This document shows, one piece after another, positions 58,919 to 64,000 of a DNA stretch of 64,000 nt. The notes under the pieces were generated by a model. It had not been told where the DNA came from, searched no databases, and was given only the letters and a program-made list of their open reading frames with translations. Each line of letters begins with the position of its first letter. The stretch's first letter is position 1. The DNA comes from an uncultured Acidobacteriota bacterium (GTDB lineage: Bacteria; Acidobacteriota; Vicinamibacteria; Fen-336): the NCBI GenBank assembly GCA_963847655.1, contig CAWKAS010000003.1, forward strand, positions 75,350 to 139,349, written 5' to 3'. Position numbers and translations under genes: made by a program.

Positions 58919-60909
58919 GGGACCGCCCTCCCCTGGCGGGCGGGGATGCTGAGGGTGTAGGCGGTGAGGGCCTCGGCCTCCTCGCGGCTCAGGCCATGGT
59001 CCGGTTGCAGGGTGCCGGGCTTCCACCGTTCCGGGTCCAGGAGCCACTCGACCGTCCACCCCGGTTGGAGGCGCGCCCCGCTGCCGTTGAGGTCCGGCCC
59101 CACGAAGCCGCCGCCGTCCCCCACGATGTGGCACCCCTGGCACCCGTGACGGTCGAACAGCTCGCGGCCCCGGGCCACCGTGGCTGCGTCCGTGGGGACG
59201 CTCGCGTGCAGGGCATCGTCGACCATGACCCTCGAGAGGTAGTCGGCGAGGACGCGCGCCTCGTCCGGGGCGATGTTCAGGTGCGGCATCCGCTCCGCGA
59301 GACCCACCCGCACCGCGATCGGCTTCTGGACGTACTGCTCGATGTAGTCCCGCTGCAGCTGGCTCCCGATCCGATCCAGGACCACCGTCGAGAGGGTCCC
59401 GCCGGTTCCCTGGATCTGGTGACACGAGAGACACCGGTACCGGCGCACCAGCGCCCCGAACTCCCCCTGCGGCTCGTAGAGCGGCCGCTCCGGGTCCCGT
59501 GTGGCGTGGTCCGGGGGCACGGGATCGCGCCGCAGGCTCAGGAGGGCCACCGCCACCGCCGCCGCCTCGTGCTCGGTGAAGCCGAAGGTCGGCATACGGG
59601 CGGTGTCGAGCACCCGCTCCGGCCTGCTCACCTTGGTGAAGAGCCAGTTCGGCAGCGTGGGCTCGACCCCTCGCGCCACGAGCGGTGTCGGGTCGAGGAT
59701 GAGGTCCCCCACCCCCGCGAGCTTCGGACCGATGCGCGGGCGCTCCGGGAAGCCCTCCAGGCCGTGACAGGAGTAGCATCCGCGGCGCTCGTAGATCCGC
59801 CGTCCCTCCGCGGCCAGGGTCGGGGAGGGAGGGGCATCCTGGGCGGCCAGCCCCTTCGGCTCTCCGAGCTCCTCCGAGAGATAGGCGGCGAGATCGCGGA
59901 CCTCGTCGCCGGTGAAGCGGAAACGGGGCATGAGCGTGTCCGGCTGCAGCCGGTGGGGGTCCCGGATCCAGGAGTAGAGCCAGTCCCGCGAGGCCTTGGC
60001 CCCCACGTGCCCGAGCTCGGGTGCCAGCGTGCCGCCGCGACCGTTCACCGAGTGGCAGGTCACGCAGCGGGCGGCGCGGAACAGCTCTCCCCCGCGCTCC
60101 GCGTCCGCCTCTCCCCATTCCACCGCCTCGTGCACGGCGGCCCCGTGGGGCTCGAGCAGGAACGCGGTCAACGCCTCGACCTCGTCCGGCTTCAGGCGGA
60201 AGTTGCCCATGCGCGAGCGGTCGAGGTACTCGCGCGGATCGGCGAGCCAGCCGCGGAGCCAGGCCGGGGAGACCTTCTGCGACAGGCCGTCCAGACGCGG
60301 AGCGCGCACCTCGGACTCGAGGTGTCCCGGCACCTCGTGGCAGGCCACGCAGTTCCGGTCGCTCATGAGGGCCCGCCCGCGCGCCAGCCAGTAGGTGTCC
60401 GGGGGCCGGCGCTCCTGGTGACAGGCACCGCAGCGTGCCTCCATCAGCTCCCGCGAGGCCATGGGCTCGGGCCAGAACGGCAACGGCTCGTGAGCGGCGT
60501 GCCGGTAGTCCGTGGCCTCCCCCTGCCCTCCGTGGCACGAGGTGCAGCCGAAGCGGTCGGGACGGTGGGTGTCGAGCCAGCTCCCGCTGTGCGTGCGGAA
60601 GGGCTGAGACGACCCCACCCTCGCCGGATCCGCGATCCCGAGGTGGCAGCTCGTGCAGCGGTCGACCCGGTCCAGGTCCTTCAGCCAGATCTGCTGGAGT
60701 CCCGTCTCGGCCTCCGCGCCCTCCAGCGCCGCGAAGCGCGACTGCCACTGCCGCCATTCCGCCCGGCTCTCCTTCAGCACCGCGCCCACCACCACCACCA
60801 CCAGCGCGAGCGAGAGGAGGCCGAAGGCCCACAGCAGCCCGACCGGAACGCGGCGCGACAGCCCCCGCCGCCGGGGCCCTTCGCCGCGACCGGGCGTCAC
60901 GACGCCCAC
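58915..60909 (-). CDS. Membrane-anchored octahaem c-type cytochrome (3 N-terminal haems plus 5 class-I-like modules)
   Basis: N-terminal TM segment [55 protein letters not shown] and CQGCH. Five repeats of an M(P/G)xF...E(v/a).AL.AYL module. Confidence 0.88.
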   Translation of the reverse strand: MGVVTPGRGEGPRRRGLSRRVPVGLLWAFGLLSLALVVVVVGAVLKESRAEWRQWQSRFAALEGAEAETGLQQIWLKDLDRVDRCTSCHLGIADPARVGSSQPFRTHSGSWLDTHRPDRFGCTSCHGGQGEATDYRHAAHEPLPFWPEPMASRELMEARCGACHQERRPPDTYWLARGRALMSDRNCVACHEVPGHLESEVRAPRLDGLSQKVSPAWLRGWLADPREYLDRSRMGNFRLKPDEVEALTAFLLEPHGAAVHEAVEWGEADAERGGELFRAARCVTCHSVNGRGGTLAPELGHVGAKASRDWLYSWIRDPHRLQPDTLMPRFRFTGDEVRDLAAYLSEELGEPKGLAAQDAPPSPTLAAEGRRIYERRGCYSCHGLEGFPERPRIGPKLAGVGDLILDPTPLVARGVEPTLPNWLFTKVSRPERVLDTARMPTFGFTEHEAAAVAVALLSLRRDPVPPDHATRDPERPLYEPQGEFGALVRRYRCLSCHQIQGTGGTLSTVVLDRIGSQLQRDYIEQYVQKPIAVRVGLAERMPHLNIAPDEARVLADYLSRVMVDDALHASVPTDAATVARGRELFDRHGCQGCHIVGDGGGFVGPDLNGSGARLQPGWTVEWLLDPERWKPGTLQPDHGLSREEAEALTAYTLSIPARQGRAVP

Positions 60910-62048
60910 GGCCAGACCCAGGCCCAGTTGGGACCACGGAAGAAGGTCCCGACGATCGTCAGCGCGACCACGGCCAGGGCCAGGAGCCCGAACACCACGT
61001 TGGCCCTGCGTCGCTCACGCGCAAACCAGACCCCCACCCCGCCTCCCCGGTGGTCCACGTAGGGCAGCGCGAGCAGGCCGAGGATCATGGCCGTGGGGAT
61101 CACGACCCCGCCGAACAGGGCCCCGTAGTGGACGAGCTCCTGCAGGCCCAGGAAGTACCAGGGAGCCTTGGCCGGGTTCGGGGTCCGGGCCGCGTCGGCG
61201 ATCTCCTCGAGGGGCGCGTCGACGAGGAGCGCGGCGGCGTGAACGACGACGACCACGAGGAGCAGGACCACCAGCTCGCGGAACAGCAGGTGAGGCCAGG
61301 TCGGGGCCCGGCGCATCGGGCCCGGAGGAGCGGCGAGCCCCCCATCCTTGCGCACCCGCCAGAAGTGCAGGCTGATGAGGAAGCCCATCGCCAGGGGCAG
61401 GACGAGGCAGTGGAGGACGTAGAAGCGGAGCAGCGCCGCCTGCCCGATCTCGTGGCCGCCGAGGAGCAGGTAGCGCACCCGCTCCCCCACGAAGGGAAAG
61501 TAGGCCGCGATGCTGGTGCCGACGGTGATGGCCCAGAACGCGAGCTGGTCCCACGGAAGAAGGTACCCGGTGAAGGACAAGGCGAGGGTCAGGAGAAGAA
61601 GGACGACCCCCACCACCCAGTTGAACTCGCGAGGACGCTTGTACGATCCCGTGAAGAAGACCCGGCACATGTGAAGGAAGACGACCGCCACCATTCCGTG
61701 GGCGGCCCAGCGGTGGGCGTTGCGCAGGAACATCCCGAAGGTCACCGCGAACTGGATGTCCTTCATGCTCCGGTAGGCGGCCTCGGTGTGGGGGACGTAG
61801 TAGAGCATCAGGGCCAGACCGGTGACGGTCAGGATCCCGAACAGGTAGAAGCTGATCAGCCCCAGACCCAGGGTGGACTTGAACCTCAGGGCGTGGACGC
61901 GCACCCGTGTGGGGTGGACGTGCAGCACGAGGCTGGAGAGCAGGGTGGCCAGGCGCTGCTGCCGCGTGCGCGGCCACCCGATGCGGAAGACGGAGCGGTA
62001 GACGCGGCGCCAGGTCCGATGCAGCCGCTCCCGGGCGTCGTCGCTCAT
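60897..62048 (-). CDS. Cytochrome b (unsplit b6 plus subunit-IV-like) of a Rieske/cyt b complex
   Basis: Haem ligands H112/H126 (H-x13-H) and H213/H228 (H-x14-H). [10 protein letters not shown]. The Qo-site motif reads APWY (61155-61166). ATGA overlap with the Rieske gene. Confidence 0.9.
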   Translation of the reverse strand: MSDDARERLHRTWRRVYRSVFRIGWPRTRQQRLATLLSSLVLHVHPTRVRVHALRFKSTLGLGLISFYLFGILTVTGLALMLYYVPHTEAAYRSMKDIQFAVTFGMFLRNAHRWAAHGMVAVVFLHMCRVFFTGSYKRPREFNWVVGVVLLLLTLALSFTGYLLPWDQLAFWAITVGTSIAAYFPFVGERVRYLLLGGHEIGQAALLRFYVLHCLVLPLAMGFLISLHFWRVRKDGGLAAPPGPMRRAPTWPHLLFRELVVLLLVVVVVHAAALLVDAPLEEIADAARTPNPAKAPWYFLGLQELVHYGALFGGVVIPTAMILGLLALPYVDHRGGGVGVWFARERRRANVVFGLLALAVVALTIVGTFFRGPNWAWVWPWAS

Positions 62049-62500
62049 GCGAGGAGTCGGAAGTCCGCGTCGACCTTCCGCAGGGTGTCCACGATCAGCT
62101 CGCCCCGCCGCGAGAGGCTCATCTCGTAGCGCGGCAGGGGCCAGGCCGCGGGTCCTCGCGTCACGTTACCGGCCTTGTCGTAGAGACTGCCGTGGCAGGG
62201 GCAGACGAAGCCATGCCCTTCGTCGTGGTTGACGTTGCAGCCCAGATGGGTGCAGACCGCCGAGATGGCGTGGAAGCCCTCGGCTCCGCGAAACACGAAC
62301 ACGCGGTGGTCAGCGAGGAGGGTCACGCTGTTCGGGGGGTACTCCTCGGGTCGACCGATGGAAAACCGCCGGGGCGCCTCGTAGAGGACGTCCGGCACCA
62401 CCGAGCGGGCCAGGGCCACGAGGAGACCCAGGCTCCCGGCGGCGAGACCGGTCGTTCCCACGGCAAGAACGAAGCGGCGGCGTGAGGGTCGGCCGTTCAT
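62045..62500 (-). CDS. Rieske [2Fe-2S] subunit with a Tat signal
   Basis: [22 protein letters not shown] (twin-arginine). CTHLGC...CPCHGS boxes. Confidence 0.92.
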   Translation of the reverse strand: MNGRPSRRRFVLAVGTTGLAAGSLGLLVALARSVVPDVLYEAPRRFSIGRPEEYPPNSVTLLADHRVFVFRGAEGFHAISAVCTHLGCNVNHDEGHGFVCPCHGSLYDKAGNVTRGPAAWPLPRYEMSLSRRGELIVDTLRKVDADFRLLA

Positions 62501-63117
62501 TCCTCGATGACGAGGTCGAGGTCCAGAACCTGTCCCGCCTCCACCGTGACCTCCTTCTCGAGTCCGTCCTTCTTCTCGTGCCACGCCCACAGCAGGTACT
62601 CGCCAGGGGGGACGCCCCTGACCTCGAACCGGCCCTCGGAATCGGTCACCGCGAAGTAGGGGGTCGGGAGGATCACCACGTAGGCCAGCATGTCGGGATG
62701 GATGTTGCACAGCTGGGTGTAGACGCCCGGCTTCTCGAAGGTGTGGTCGCGGGTCTCGCCCGTGGGCCAGGTCCCGAGGTTGTAGCGCCCCTCGGGCGAA
62801 TACACGTTGTGGGGCTCGGGATCGTTGTTGAGAAAGCGCACGGTCGACCCCACCGGGAGCACGGTGATGTGGGGGACGAACCGGAAGCCCTTCTGGTCGA
62901 TCTTCACCGGCTCCGGAGGCGGGGCGTACTCGAGGTTTGGGGCCTCGATGCTGATGACCGCGTCCTTGCTCGACTTCTGGCCCTTCACGACGACCGTACC
63001 CCGCACCGTGGCGGTCTCGGCCGCCTCGACTCCGCCGACGGCCACGGTGAGAGCGATCAGCATGGCGAGGTGTCTCACGGGGTCCCGGCTCTCCCGGCTG
63101 CGGCGTGGCGAGGACAT
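62497..63117 (-). CDS. Exported type-1 (blue) copper cupredoxin fused to a CarboxypepD_reg-like beta-sandwich domain
   Basis: Signal ...[19 protein letters not shown]. Cu ligands His (EPHNV) and C-x2-H-x2-M (CNIHPDM, 62689-62709), as in amicyanin-type sites. ATGA overlap with the Rieske gene. Alternative starts are at 63078 (GTG) and 63063. Confidence 0.8.
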   Translation of the reverse strand: MSSPRRSRESRDPVRHLAMLIALTVAVGGVEAAETATVRGTVVVKGQKSSKDAVISIEAPNLEYAPPPEPVKIDQKGFRFVPHITVLPVGSTVRFLNNDPEPHNVYSPEGRYNLGTWPTGETRDHTFEKPGVYTQLCNIHPDMLAYVVILPTPYFAVTDSEGRFEVRGVPPGEYLLWAWHEKKDGLEKEVTVEAGQVLDLDLVIEE

Positions 63118-64000
63118 CACCTCATCATCGTACCCGTCCGTCCCGTTCCGGTCGATGTCCCCCGCCGCTCGCGAGTCGTCATGATCGCCTCGGAGAGCTC
63201 CAGGACCACGATCGTGTCGATCGGGTCGATCTTCTCGGGATCCAGCCGGAGAAGCAGGGCGTCGGCGTCCCGGGTCAAGGGAACCTCGCTCCCATCGGCC
63301 AGGTAGCGGGCGGACTTCACCGGCCGCGGGGGCCTCGGCAGGGCGAGCACGGTGTCCGGCCAGTCCAGGACGTGGACGTAGACCTGGCTCCCCCGGTGCG
63401 TGGTGACGCCCCAGGGCCGCGGGGTGATGGGTCCGCCCCGTGTTGCGTAGACGGATTCCCCGTTCTTCTCGAGCCAGACGCCCACCTCGGCGAGGCGTTC
63501 CACGAACTCCGGCTGGATCGTCCCGTCGGGCTTCGGCCCCACGTTCAGGAGCAGGTTGGCGTCGTATCCGCCGGCCTTCACCAGCAGGTGCACCAGCTCC
63601 TTCAGGCTCTTGTAGCCGGTATCGTCCGCGTTGTATCCCCAGGAGTTGTTGATCGTCGTGCACATCTCCAGGGGGAGGTCGCCGATCTCCGCCTTGTCGT
63701 TCCAGCCGGTGGTGTCGTGGCCCGGGAAGTCCCTCTCGAACATCTGGAAGTCCTCGCCCGGGAAGGGCTTGCGGTGGTGGTTGGAGCCGATCAGGGCCGA
63801 CGGCTGGAGACGGTGGATCAGCGAGTAGGTCTGGCCCAGCCGCCAGTCCGCGTCGGGCCGGTCCCACCACCCGTCGAACCAGATGCCGCCGAGAGGCCCG
63901 TACCCGGTGAGCAGCTCTTCCAGCTGGGCGTCCATATAGTCGAGATAGGCGTACCACTCCCCGCTCTCGGGACGTCCCGCCCACTGGCCGGTGCGGCCCC
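63117..64000 (-). CDS. GH29 alpha-L-fucosidase; the N-terminus lies beyond the window end
   Basis: [16 protein letters not shown]..., [12 protein letters not shown] and [14 protein letters not shown] are GH29 blocks. The frame stays open upstream of the ATG at 63935 to the window edge. Confidence 0.85.
   Translation of the reverse strand, partial: GRTGQWAGRPESGEWYAYLDYMDAQLEELLTGYGPLGGIWFDGWWDRPDADWRLGQTYSLIHRLQPSALIGSNHHRKPFPGEDFQMFERDFPGHDTTGWNDKAEIGDLPLEMCTTINNSWGYNADDTGYKSLKELVHLLVKAGGYDANLLLNVGPKPDGTIQPEFVERLAEVGVWLEKNGESVYATRGGPITPRPWGVTTHRGSQVYVHVLDWPDTVLALPRPPRPVKSARYLADGSEVPLTRDADALLLRLDPEKIDPIDTIVVLELSEAIMTTRERRGTSTGTGRTGTMMR

Noticed and set aside
58445-60937. The 830-aa ORF 58445..60937 read as one protein.
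   Set aside because: Only its last 157 codons (the monohaem cytochrome, from the GTG at 58918) look coding. The rest overlaps the octahaem cytochrome gene in another frame and is R/G/P-rich.

Overview
This is a very GC-rich bacterial chromosomal segment (judged by eye, not computed), with strong G/C bias at third codon positions and densely packed genes. Many antisense 'shadow' ORFs in the six-frame track are artefacts of this composition. I support about 47 protein-coding genes and no rRNA, tRNA, CRISPR array, transposase or integrase. Most of the content is ordinary housekeeping and glycan scavenging:
- cysE-cysK-crp, zwf-pgl, ppc, mscL and a ClC channel.
- GH2, GH65 plus beta-phosphoglucomutase, GH29, DUF2961/GH172, two DUF1080 proteins, a Gfo/Idh/MocA oxidoreductase and sugar transporters.

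Four regions stand out.
1. 39.4-48.7 kb holds a translationally coupled Hdr/Dsr/Hmc-like membrane redox module. It comprises a CCG iron-sulfur protein, a NarI-like dihaem b protein, a four-cluster ferredoxin and an NrfD-like protein fused to a six-CXXCH cytochrome c. A Cys-motif PAS histidine kinase and two orphan receivers follow in the same operon. A divergent sigma-54 activator with a PAS input faces it across a candidate -24/-12 promoter with an IHF-like site.
2. 58.4-63.1 kb holds a Rieske/cytochrome b operon with a blue-copper protein, an eight-haem cytochrome c and a monohaem c that carries Cys where the Met ligand is expected.
3. 11.1-17.3 kb holds a tandem pair of Ser/Thr kinases: FHA-Zn ribbon-kinase, then Zn ribbon-kinase-2xWD40-TM-HEAT.
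4. 10.2-10.7 kb holds a roughly 145-bp palindrome-rich tandem repeat, with an inverted solo copy near 0.95 kb.

There is also an apparent frameshift in a C6 run inside an MFS-HEAT gene. All family assignments come from motif recognition by eye and need HMM or BLAST confirmation.
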